Source: Neovahlkampfia damariscottae (Eukaryota). From it: a stretch of 64,000 nt of DNA. The stretch covers positions 186,001 to 250,000 of the forward strand of contig JABLTG010000003.1 of NCBI GenBank assembly GCA_016618085.1, read 5' to 3'. Made by a program: the position numbers and the translations under genes. Below, piece by piece: positions 38,008 to 48,851 of the stretch. The notes below the pieces were generated by a model, which was not told the origin of the DNA, searched no databases, and saw only the letters and a list, made by a program, of their open reading frames with translations. Position 1 is the first letter of the stretch. Every line of letters starts with the position of its first letter.

Positions 38008-38343
38008 ATGAAAGGAGTAGTGATTTTTTTAGTATTAGTTTTCTTAACTGTTGCATGCTCAGCTGAAGACGAGTGTCTTGATGGATGCTTCAACAGTTTT
38101 TTAAGATGCAACAGCAATTGTAGAAACTTTCAATGTACAAGACATTGCCAAGGAGTAAGAAGAATGTGTGAAATTAGATGTCGTGGACCACCTTCAACAA
38201 CAGAAGAAAATACATTAAAAATTTTGAAACAACTCATGAATGAAATGTTTGAAGAAAAAAAAGGATCTGGAAAATGTTGTAGTTGCACAAGACCTAGTGA
38301 ATTTGCTGATGTCGGAGCGCCATGTTGTGGAGGAAAATGTTAA
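38008..38343 (+). CDS. small secreted cysteine-rich precursor protein
   Basis: Signal peptide, four CX3C motifs, a spacer and a 6-Cys C-terminal peptide. Intronless and followed by AATAAA. Confidence 0.75.
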   Translation: MKGVVIFLVLVFLTVACSAEDECLDGCFNSFLRCNSNCRNFQCTRHCQGVRRMCEIRCRGPPSTTEENTLKILKQLMNEMFEEKKGSGKCCSCTRPSEFADVGAPCCGGKC

Positions 38344-38602
38344 GAAAAAAATAAATCCTTTTGATATCTGTCTTGTAGTTCTTTTTTTTTTGTAGCATGA
38401 CCAAAGTCGGATAAATATGCAATCAAGCAAAGTTTCATACAAACCAAACTACAATAAAAACCAAAGAGATCATTGATTTATGATGAATTATCTGTTGAAC
38501 ACAAAGAGTTTTTCCAATAAGAGAAGAAAAATAAGATTTTAATATTTTTCATAAAATCCAATTTTTGTTGAAACCCAATATGATTTTTTCAAAATATAAA
38601 TT

Positions 38603-40027
38603 TCAAATTTTCTTGAAATTATTTTGTTCATCATATTGCTGTAGCAATTTAAAAGATGTAATTTTTTCTTCATAGACATTATCTTCGTTACTTTTGATCC
38701 ATGGAATTCCATTGATCCCAATTTCAATTTCTTCTTCCATTGAGTCAAATACATCTTGTTGATTTAATGATTCCACCTCAGCTTTGATATAATCAACTAA
38801 ATTGCTTCTCAAAATATGATTTTCCTCTTTTGCATTTCGTTCTTTTTTGATAGTTTTCTTTTCCAGTATATTTTTCATTTTTTCGAAATTTTCTCCTTCC
38901 TCTTTGATTCTCAGGTAAAAATCATAATAATTTCCAATAGACTGTAAAAATTTTTCAAATGTTGTGATTTCATAATATTCATTCAATAAATCACAGTCTT
39001 GTTTAAATTGAAATTTTAACTTCTCTTTTATCACTTGATCAAGGAAATTTTGAACAATTTTTTGATAATTTGGGATTTTCAAATAATCAAATAACATTTC
39101 TGAACTTTTGTTTTTTGTAAATTTGTCGTGAAATTGCAAAACTTCATCATTAAATTTCTTAATTTTTTTTACAAGAAACTTTCGAACTCTTTGAAGTTTC
39201 TTGACTCTTTGAAGTTTTAAATGATTTAAATAATTGATATAAGACTCAAATACAACAGAAAAATCGAACATATGTTTTTGGATCAATTCCTCTTCTACTA
39301 TTGTTGGCTCGTAAATTTTTCGAAACTTCATCTCTTCATTTTTTAATTGTTCAAGTTCAATTTTCAATTTTTCATTTTGATCAATCTCTTCTTTTGCTGT
39401 TTTTTTTAATAAATCAATTGAATATCTATATTTATTTTTTTTTATTTCTCTTATTCTACCTTCGATTTTTTGTAACTGTATTTCAATAGATGAACGTTTG
39501 ATTCCATATTTTTGAATAATAGTTTCAATCTCTTCTTGAAATATCAATTCAATTTCATCTGTTACTTTGTCAGTAGCAGGTAAGAATTCAAATAAATTTC
39601 GTAAATCTTCTAACAACAATTCATTTTTTGATTTTTCTTTGAACAAAGTGATTTCTTTCATTTTTATGCTTTTCAATTTTTTTTTAAATTTCATCTTTTC
39701 CATGTCATAAATTTTGTTATTGTATTCTTCTGATAATTCTTGTTGTAATTTTGGATTGATTTTTGTTACTTCACCAAATTCATCAAAATCATTAAAAAGT
39801 TGTTTTTTGGATTCTTTTGTTTCTTTTTCTTTGTTGAAATTTAAGAATTCTTTGATAAATTTTTCTTCATCCAATTTTATTTTCAAGTATTCAGTCAACA
39901 CTTTTTCAACATCAAAATTTTGGAAATTTTCTTTTTCAATAATGTTGTTTAAACTGTTATCAAATGTGTTTAAGGTTTCTATTAATATTGAAACTTGTTT
40001 TAGCTGTGCAAAATTGATTCCGTCCAT
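38603..40027 (-). CDS. coiled-coil protein, probably a truncated kinase gene
   Basis: 474-aa K/E-rich ORF ending in TGA, followed by degenerate kinase-like sequence. Confidence 0.6.
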   Translation of the reverse strand: MDGINFAQLKQVSILIETLNTFDNSLNNIIEKENFQNFDVEKVLTEYLKIKLDEEKFIKEFLNFNKEKETKESKKQLFNDFDEFGEVTKINPKLQQELSEEYNNKIYDMEKMKFKKKLKSIKMKEITLFKEKSKNELLLEDLRNLFEFLPATDKVTDEIELIFQEEIETIIQKYGIKRSSIEIQLQKIEGRIREIKKNKYRYSIDLLKKTAKEEIDQNEKLKIELEQLKNEEMKFRKIYEPTIVEEELIQKHMFDFSVVFESYINYLNHLKLQRVKKLQRVRKFLVKKIKKFNDEVLQFHDKFTKNKSSEMLFDYLKIPNYQKIVQNFLDQVIKEKLKFQFKQDCDLLNEYYEITTFEKFLQSIGNYYDFYLRIKEEGENFEKMKNILEKKTIKKERNAKEENHILRSNLVDYIKAEVESLNQQDVFDSMEEEIEIGINGIPWIKSNEDNVYEEKITSFKLLQQYDEQNNFKKI

Positions 40028-40172
40028 TTCTACATGTTTGGAGCTTATGATTGGTGGAATATTGATGAATCTACATGTTTGATTTTTTTGTTGAAAATAT
40101 TAAAGAAGTGATGATATCAAGAGGATTTGAATCAACGTTTAAAGTGTCGTTAGTTTTCAACAACCAATCAAA

Positions 40173-40468
40173 ATGGGTAATTCTGCAAAAATTGTCAAAG
40201 ACGCAGTACAAACAAGTTTTCTATTTAATTTTTTTTTCTGTAGATAAATAATCCTGAAGACGAAAGGAAAATCATAAAATTGTTCAATAAATACGACACA
40301 GATAGATCTGGCTATTTGGAAGCCGAAGAATTTGACAAATTTGTCGCTGATGTGGCAAAATTGTTTGAAAAAGAAGATTTTAACATAAAATTATCGGATT
40401 TTGATAAGGACGGAGACGGAGAAATATCTTACTATGAATTGAAAGAAGGATTGGCAAATTTAAAATAA
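40173..40468 (+). CDS. small 2-EF-hand Ca-binding protein
   Basis: DTDRSGYLEAEE and DKDGDGEISYYE loops. Intron 40206-40243. MGN start suggests possible myristoylation. Confidence 0.88.
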
Positions 40469-40614
40469 ACATTATAAACTACTTGAAGTATCAACACAGT
40501 TTTATTTTTCAACCATTATTATTGAATTAGGGTATGACTTTTGTTAAAACTAAAATTCTTTTTCTTCAAAGTAAATTCCACCAATCAAACAAACTGACCA
40601 AACAAACGTCAAAC

Positions 40615-40950
40615 ATGAGACTCTCTTTGTTGTTAGTGTTACTTGTACTTTTTTCTTTCATTATTTCAATGAACGCAAGACAAGTAGATGATTATGAAGA
40701 ACCTGAAACTTTAGGCCGTGAAACAGACGATTTTGAAGATACAGAAGAAGAAGAACCAGAATCAAGAACAAATACTCTCGATGACGAAGAAGAAAATCTT
40801 GAAGAAGATACAGATGAAGAAGAACCAGAAGATTATGATACAAAAGTGACAGAAAATAAAGTTCAAGCAAAAAAAGTACAAGCAAAAGTTGTAACAAAAA
40901 AAGTTGAACAAAAACTTCAAGGAGAAACAAATATTGGTTTCACAGCTTAA
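40615..40950 (+). CDS. small secreted highly acidic protein
   Basis: Signal peptide MRLSLLLVLL.., D/E-rich repeats and a basic KVQAK-repeat tail. Confidence 0.7.
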   Translation: MRLSLLLVLLVLFSFIISMNARQVDDYEEPETLGRETDDFEDTEEEEPESRTNTLDDEEENLEEDTDEEEPEDYDTKVTENKVQAKKVQAKVVTKKVEQKLQGETNIGFTA

Positions 40951-41060
40951 TTCAATAAAATTTGAAATTAAAAAAAATTAAAAAGCTAAAAATAAGTTTC
41001 CTTTTTTAATCGAACCAATCACCAGATTTCCAATTTTCAAACAAACTTCGTCCGCAAAAG

Positions 41061-44000
41061 ATGAAACTTAAAATTGAAGATACTGTTGTTGATGTACTAG
41101 TTATTGATGCAGTAACTGGAAAGGAAATCATTTCGGAACAAATTCAAGATGTTTCAACGTAAACTAATTTTCTAATTGATCTAACTTCTTGGAAGCGTCA
41201 AATCTTTAACAAAAATTGTTTCTCAAATATTACAAATAAAAGATACTGAAATAGTGTTATTATCAAAAGGAGAAGGGTTATACAGTTCTGAATCACTTTC
41301 AAAATACGGAGTTTGAATTTTTCGTTTTTAATTTTTTTGTAAGAACCTTTCAGAGATTTTTGTATTTACCACAGTTCATAAACAAGAATATCTTGAAGAT
41401 GAATTCGAAGAACCTCCAAAAATGGAATATCCCGAACTTTTAAAAGAGAATACTCATTTATTAGTGAACACTGGTAGATTATTCTATAAACATTATTTTG
41501 AAGGAACTAAAATTAAAAAAACATACAATAACGTTGTTAAATTAAACAGACAAATTAAAAATCAAAAGAAAGGTTTTGATATGTTAAATGAAAATTTGAA
41601 AAATCATGCAAAGTAAAATGAAACAAAAACTAACATATTCATAGTGTTATTCATTCAAATTATGAAAAATTCCAAAATGAATATACCAGAAAAAATCAAT
41701 CTTTTCAAAAATTGATTGATGAATTTGATAAGGACATTGAAAGAGTATTATTGTTTTTTTTTTTTTATTTTTTTAAAAAGTTGAAAACTACTGAACTTCA
41801 TCCACTATTTCAAGAAGAGAATAAGAAACATTTGATTGACTTTTTTGATGATATTGAAAAAATTAAAGCTTGGAAATTGAAATGTGATACTGACTTAAAA
41901 AGTTTTAATAAGAAAGTTGCAAAGGGTGAAGATGTTTATATGATCACTAAAGATCATGAAATTTTATCAAAAACAAGTTTTACAGGTGTTGATTTTGAAG
42001 AAATTGCAACAAAAACATCAAACTTGAAAAAAATGTTAGAAAAAATAGAATTTTTGTCTGTTTTACAGGTTTTAAAAAAAGATTATGAAGATATTAAAAC
42101 TATTATCGAACAACCATTTGATAGTCAATCCACTTTTGTTGCTTATTCAGACAAAGAAGAAATTCAAAAAGAATTTTTGAAAAATCTGAAGAAATTTGAA
42201 TTAGATTGTATTGATACATTGAACTTGTTGTCGGAATTTAGAAAAAAATCAATTCCTTTTTTGATTACTGCAATTTCTCAAGTATCTGATTATCAAAAAG
42301 AATTGGGGAAATTACGTAAAAGAATATTGACCGTAAATGGACACATAGGAAGTTTAGAAAGAAGATTTGATTATCTTCAGAATATTCATTTAATGCCAGA
42401 TGCTTATTATCTCACTTTGATTGATGTTTCAAGAAGAAATAATTATAATTCAGAATTTAAATTGAAAATTCAAGATCTCAATGAATATTTAAACACAGTT
42501 AGAACAAAAGAATTAAAAAATAGACAAACGTAAAAAAAAAAACAAATTTAAATTTTGTTTTATAGGTTTAACACAAATGTTGGGAAATATTTACCTCCAA
42601 TGTTCAAAAAAGGTTTAACAGAAGAACCTATTAGATTCAAAATTGATGTTGAAAATTTGAAATCTGAATTACCAGCATATGATTTAAAAGATTTAGAAAT
42701 TATAGAAGCAATCCATTCTAAATTTTATAAAAAAGAAGAAATTGATGAATTAATGGAAGATGAAAATGAAAAGTTGAATGATACATCCAAATATGATTTC
42801 ACCATTTCAGCATCTCAAGATGATTCTGAAGATTTGCCAATTGAAAAAATACGCAAAAATTTATATGAAGAATTTGAGAAACTTAAAGATTATTATCAAC
42901 TAAAAATGAAAGAAAATATTGAATTGGAAGAAGAAAATGAAAAATTAAAATTAGAATTGAAATCAAAAATAAACCATGGATCAAAAATAGAAGAATCCGA
43001 AAAAGATGATGAAATCCAAAAAATGAAAAAAGAAATGGAAGAAATGAAGAAATTATTAATAGAAAAAGATGTTATAGTAACAAATTTAACAAAAGAAAAT
43101 TCCAAGCATCAAAAAGAGTTAACAAAAAAAAATCAAGAAAATTCAAGATTGAGTGAAATGTTAGATCAAAATCAAATTGATATCAAATCACTAAATGAAA
43201 AAATTCAAGAAAAAGATCAAAAAATTGAATCGCTCAATGAAAAATTGGATAATTCATCATCAATGTTACAATCTCAAAATGAAAGTGAAAAATTAAATCA
43301 ATTGAATCTTTTATTGGATGATCAAAATAACTCACTAGCTGAATATGAAAACAAAGTTTTGGAATTAGAAACAAAATTAAAACAATCAAAAGACAATTCT
43401 GTTTCATCAACAGAATTAAAACAGAAAAACGCTCAAATTGATGAACTCAAAAAAATCAATCAAGAAAAAACTGAAAATGTGGAAGAATTGAGAGAAACCA
43501 TTAAAAAATTAGAAGAAACAAATCAATTGATACAAACTCATTTGGACACTTTGATGGCAGAGACTCAATCATCCAGAGTTGAAGAACAAGAAGTAATAAA
43601 AAAAACTTCAGAAGAAATTGCTTCTTTAACAGCTCAAATTAAATCCCTTCAAAGTGAATTGATGAGTACCAAATCTGATTTACAACTTGCATCTTCTACA
43701 AAGGATAATTTAACACAATCTCATGCTTCAAAAAGTGATGAAGTTGACAGAGCAAATCAAAAGAATATTGAACTTCAGGAATCTATTAACGATCTCACTG
43801 CTCAATTTTCTGAAACATCTGTACTTTTAGAAAAAGAAAGAAAAGAGATGTTTTCATTGAGAAAACAACTTGATGAACTTTCATCCATTAATCAATATAA
43901 CAATTCTCAAAATATTGAAAAATTGAAATCACAAATTATTGATTTAGAAACAAAGAAGAAATCTGTTGAGAATTGTTGTGCTGAGAATATTAAAGCTGTT

Positions 44001-44207
44001 GAAGCACTTGAAACAATTTGTGAATTATCAATTGAAACATTGATTTCCATTTCAAACTTTTTAGATGATACATCCATATTTAAAGAATTGCAACAAATCA
44101 AAAATGAAAGAAATTATTTGAAATTGGATAAAAACTTATTGGCAAAATTACTTACTGTCACATCATCGAAAATTTTTGGTGGAAGTGTGAGAGATGGAAA
44201 TTGGTGA
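41061..44207 (+). CDS. ATG11/FIP200 (ATG17-like domain) coiled-coil protein
   Basis: L..IHLMPDAY..TLIDVSRR..Y...F motif, GKYLPPMF..GL, and a long coiled coil. Confidence 0.65.
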
Positions 44208-44287
44208 GAAGAATGAATAAATTTTGATTTGTTCGAGTTTCAATGGATCCATTAATCATACTGATAGAATTCAAGATGGGGAAGCAT

Positions 44288-44980
44288 TTATTTTTTCAAA
44301 ATGGCTTTCCATACACCTATAATATCAAGTACCTTGAATAAAACAATCCCACAAATGATGATTATCAAACCAATAATCAAACAAATGATCAATTTTTCAG
44401 CAAAAAGTTTTTTAAAAATCCCAACCATTTCTTTCTTTGCTTTTTCAGTATTTGATTCAATAATATTCAAATTTTCAATCATCACATCCATATCTTCATC
44501 TTGTTCTTTCAACATTTGATCACAATTATCAGCTAATTTCAATGTTTCTTCTCCTTGAATCAATAATCTCTTTGTGGCTTCTAATAGTTCCTTTTCATTC
44601 TCAAAAAGTTCAAAAAACAGTTCCTTTTCTAATTCATCATCTTTGAATTTTGTTGTGTCATTAGTTGGATAACTGAGAATATTTTCCTCTGGTTCAACTT
44701 CAGCAAATGAATTTTGTTGATGGATCATATGATATTCTTCAATTTCATTTTTTAAGGAATTCAAATTGATTTTATGTTCATCTAGAAATAACTCAAATGT
44801 TTCAAAAATATGTTCATCAGTAATAGATTGTAATTTTGATTCCATTTTTTCAATGTTCGTTTTCAAATTATTAAAATCAGAAATCAAGACTTTTTTCTCA
44901 ATGTTTTTTTGTTTCATTTTTATTTTCAACATTTTCATTTGAGATTCAATCTCATCATGTTGATAGCTCACAATTTCCAT
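44288..44980 (-). CDS. Q-SNARE (Qb-like) with C-terminal TM
   Basis: SNARE heptads with a central Q (MLKEQDEDM) followed by a hydrophobic tail anchor. Confidence 0.75.
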   Translation of the reverse strand: MEIVSYQHDEIESQMKMLKIKMKQKNIEKKVLISDFNNLKTNIEKMESKLQSITDEHIFETFELFLDEHKINLNSLKNEIEEYHMIHQQNSFAEVEPEENILSYPTNDTTKFKDDELEKELFFELFENEKELLEATKRLLIQGEETLKLADNCDQMLKEQDEDMDVMIENLNIIESNTEKAKKEMVGIFKKLFAEKLIICLIIGLIIIICGIVLFKVLDIIGVWKAILKK

Positions 44981-45076
44981 TCAATTTGAATTTATTATTG
45001 ATGATTCAGGATGAATTGAAGTTCAATATATGAGGCTAATAATCATCAACAACAAAACGATTGATTTGGTAATGTT

Positions 45077-46306
45077 TTATTTTTTGAATTTGAAGTTGAT
45101 GTTTTGAGTTTGAATATTTCTAGGAGTTTTGAAATATTTTTTTGAACTCATTTCAAGTTCAATATCATTTTTGAATATATCAGGAATGTATGAAAGTATA
45201 TCACATTTGGAAACCAATTTCATCAAAAAAGATTTAGTAATTCCATTTTCAGGTAAATGAAGTAAAGAATCTGGAACTTTGATGATCAATTTGGTATAGA
45301 AATCTTCATTTTGTAGTTCATTTGGTATCAAATCAACAGAAAAATCAACATTAAATCGATAATTTGATATCAATTCAAGGAGAAATTTCTCATCTTTGTA
45401 TATATTGGGATTCACAAGATGTCTGAATTTGAAATTATTCTGAACTGCTATTTTTCCAATTACATCATTTTGTTGCAATTCTTTAGGTATTAAATCTCTA
45501 AATATATTATCTGATTTCTTTATGAATTTTGAAACTACATCAATATCATTTCTTAATTCTTCTGAAATTTCTAAAAAGAATTTTCTGTTCAAATACGGAG
45601 AAGTAGTATTGAGGAAATTTAGTATTTCAACTACAAATTCTTTGGATGCTTTCAATCTTTTGGAGCTTAACATAAAGCAACTGCAATCAATTGTCATTAG
45701 TCTATTTAGAATTTTTTCAGAATCTCCAAATACATCTTGATAGTTTTCTAAATATTCAAATGCATTTGAGGGACAAATATCAAGAATTTGAAACATAAAT
45801 TCTTTTTTTTCAAACATATTAGGTTTTAGAACATCTTTCAACTGCATGAAATAATCAAATGAATCCTCAGATTCTTTGAGAACTTTTAACACAAATTTTT
45901 CATCTTGAAACACTTCTATTGGTACATTTTTAAAGTATTTTACTTGTTTTCTTAAAGTTTCAACGACAAATTCTTTGTCTTTTTTTAGTTCTTCCGAAAG
46001 GAGTAAATAAGATTTTGATCTTTTTTTCACAGCTAAAAACATGATTTCTCGATCATTATATATTTCTTTTGGAACATATTTGATGATTTTCGGATTAATT
46101 TGTATGAGTTCTAATAGGAATTTTTTGTCCAGCATTATTTTTTCTGGAACATTCTCAAAAAGATCAGAACACAATTTAGCGACTTTTAAGAGTACCCTTT
46201 TATCTGTTTGCTGTTCCCTTTTCAAATTATAACCATTTTTTACAAGATTTCTTTTTAGTTTTCTGTTTGATAAAAACACCTCTTCTTCTTTGAGTCGGAA
46301 ACTCAT
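45077..46306 (-). CDS. DUF4116-repeat protein
   Basis: Repeated (S/P)EEL.(K/N)D(K/R)E(F/I)(V/M)..A/T units. Confidence 0.75.
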   Translation of the reverse strand: MSFRLKEEEVFLSNRKLKRNLVKNGYNLKREQQTDKRVLLKVAKLCSDLFENVPEKIMLDKKFLLELIQINPKIIKYVPKEIYNDREIMFLAVKKRSKSYLLLSEELKKDKEFVVETLRKQVKYFKNVPIEVFQDEKFVLKVLKESEDSFDYFMQLKDVLKPNMFEKKEFMFQILDICPSNAFEYLENYQDVFGDSEKILNRLMTIDCSCFMLSSKRLKASKEFVVEILNFLNTTSPYLNRKFFLEISEELRNDIDVVSKFIKKSDNIFRDLIPKELQQNDVIGKIAVQNNFKFRHLVNPNIYKDEKFLLELISNYRFNVDFSVDLIPNELQNEDFYTKLIIKVPDSLLHLPENGITKSFLMKLVSKCDILSYIPDIFKNDIELEMSSKKYFKTPRNIQTQNINFKFKK

Positions 46307-46354
46307 TGGTCAGACTTTTCAAATTTAGAATTGAATAAAAACTTTGTTATAACT

Positions 46355-48777
46355 TTATTTTTTATAATTCTTTGGTAAAATTTCAACCCAATCACCAGAA
46401 CCACCAAGATTTACACAAAAACAAACAGGAAGTTGAATTGGTAATTCAACCTCCCAATTTTGTTGAGAACTTCTTTTCATTTTTAATACTTGTTCTTTTG
46501 TGCATATTTTCAATTCAATAATATCATTGGAAGAATAAGAAGGTTTTCCTGATTTTTGATGAGTATTTGCATTGGTAGTCCATGTATATCCATTCATACT
46601 CCATAAATTAGTTCCATGTTTATCATAACCACCTGAATAGTTCCAACTGAAATCCTTTAATTCAACTTTACTTCCTTCACAAACACCAACACCAACCCAA
46701 GAAACATAATTAATTTTCATTGCAATTTCAACATCTCTCATACCTTTTTTGATTTGATAAGAAGTGAATGCCATTCTTGGATTACTTCCAGTTTGTTTGA
46801 TTCTTTTACATTCTTTGTCTTCAACGACAAAATTATTTTGAAAACAGTCCCATTTTATTTTATTGCTGGATGTACTTTGAGTAAAATCTAATCCATATTT
46901 TTTAGAGAATTCTTCAAATAATTCATCTTCTTCATCATTTAATTCAATTGAAGGATCATATGCAACATTATACAATAATTTAAGAGCTTCATCTTGATCA
47001 TCAAAATTGATTGTATCTTTAGATTTGAATTCTTTAACAAAATAAGGAGATGAATAAAATAGTAATTTGTGTGACTGAAATTCAAAGTTTTTTGATTTTA
47101 AAACACAATCAAAACAAATTTTTTCTGAAAGGAGTTTTGAAAAATGTTCACGAATTTGAATTGTTCTATCTTTATCTTCCGGAAGAATTGAATCTTCTTG
47201 GCTGTTGATATTAGCAGTAACAATAAGTTCCATTTTTAAATCATCTGATAAAGATTCAAATTTTTGATAAGTCTCTTTGGAGTCAAAGAATTTTTCATGA
47301 CCAATTTCTTGGAATTTTTCCAAACAATAAATTTTCATCACATCTTTTGCATAAAATCTTTCATTATAAACATTTCTCAATTCATCTTCAGTTTTTGCTA
47401 ATAAATCTAAAATGTATTCTGGTTTCATATCTGTCAATTGAGATGTACAATGAACTTGTAATTCGTCATAATTTAGTTTTTTAGATAATTTAACCAATGA
47501 GAATAATTCGTCACCATTGACTTGCAACTTGAATCCATACATGTATTTTAAAACTCTATGTATTAAATAAGGATCATATTGTGAAAGATCTAAAGTTGAA
47601 TTTTCAAGTAATTCATCTTTGAAATTTTTTGATTGAAACAAGATTGTTTTATGGCCAGGGAACAAGTCAGATCCAATTTTAATTTGACAATCAGAAAAAT
47701 CATCTTTGTATAACAATATTTTGGTGCCAATATTTTGAATTTTAAGAGTAAATAGATCATTTGAATCAGTAATACCTGAATTACCTCCAAATAAATAAAT
47801 TTGATTGAAATACAACACACAAGTATGCTGACAATAACATCTTGTCAATCCATCATACAATACTTGATCCCAACATTTTTCTTCTATTTTATAAATCCAC
47901 ATTTCAGTTACAGTTGATTGGTCATTGATTGTTCCACCAATAATCATTAATTCATCTTCATTCAGTTTCACCAAAGAAGCTTGTGTAACTCTTACTGGAT
48001 TTTCAACCTTTTCTTTTATCACATTAAATGTGTACAAGTTGATTTTATAGAGAGCATTACTGGTTTTTTTTTGTTCAGTGATTCCTCCAATAATAAATAT
48101 GTCTTTTCCTGCAATGGTCATTTGGAAATTTGAGACTCCTGTAATTTTACCATTTAACTTTTCTTTTTTCCATTCATCCAATTTGATGTCATATGAATAA
48201 AGTACATTCATACTATTGTCAGAAACATCAACTCCACCAAAAACATAGATTTTGTTGCCATCAGCCACTGAACCATGTCCTGAAACTGAAGGAAAATGAC
48301 TTTTCAAAACTTTAAACTCTTTTGTTTTGAAATCAAAAGCTTGGAGAGTGTCAATTGGTTCATCCTTTCTATTTCAAATGATGTTAGTACGAGTTTGTTT
48401 TTTACTCATTTTTGCCTCCAAAAACGTACATTTTGTTATTTGATACAACGGAGGAGTGTGAGTGAACCTTTAAGCCTTTGGTATTAGAGTGTTTTATCCA
48501 TTTTGATTCTGGTATTTTAAACTCATAAACATCTGATGTCATTCCTTTTTTTTTTAATTTTTTATTTTTTCACACCTTTTAGTGATTTTCCTCCGTAAAC
48601 AAATAAAGAATCTTCATATACAACAGTTGTATGTTTTGAACGTTCTTCCGGAAGACAGTCTTCTGTTTGTATTTTTTCCCACAATTCTTCTTCTTTAACA
48701 GGCTTTCTTTTGAACACAGAAATGTTGTTTAGTGTATAATTGTTCAAAGGTTTTTTAATTTTTTTCTTGCTCTTCAT
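46355..48777 (-). CDS. Kelch-repeat + 2xBTB + SPRY-like protein (3 exons)
   Basis: IYVFGG kelch repeats, FSDC.I..FPGHKTIL and FDC.L..FQSHKLLF BTB motifs, and a C-terminal WVGVGV..Y...D.I SPRY-like region. Confidence 0.8.
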
Positions 48778-48851
48778 TTTCTTTTCGTGGGAGTCTTTAA
48801 TTGGTGGGAAATTATGGTCCTATCAATTTAATTTGTTTTCTTTGAAGGAAA

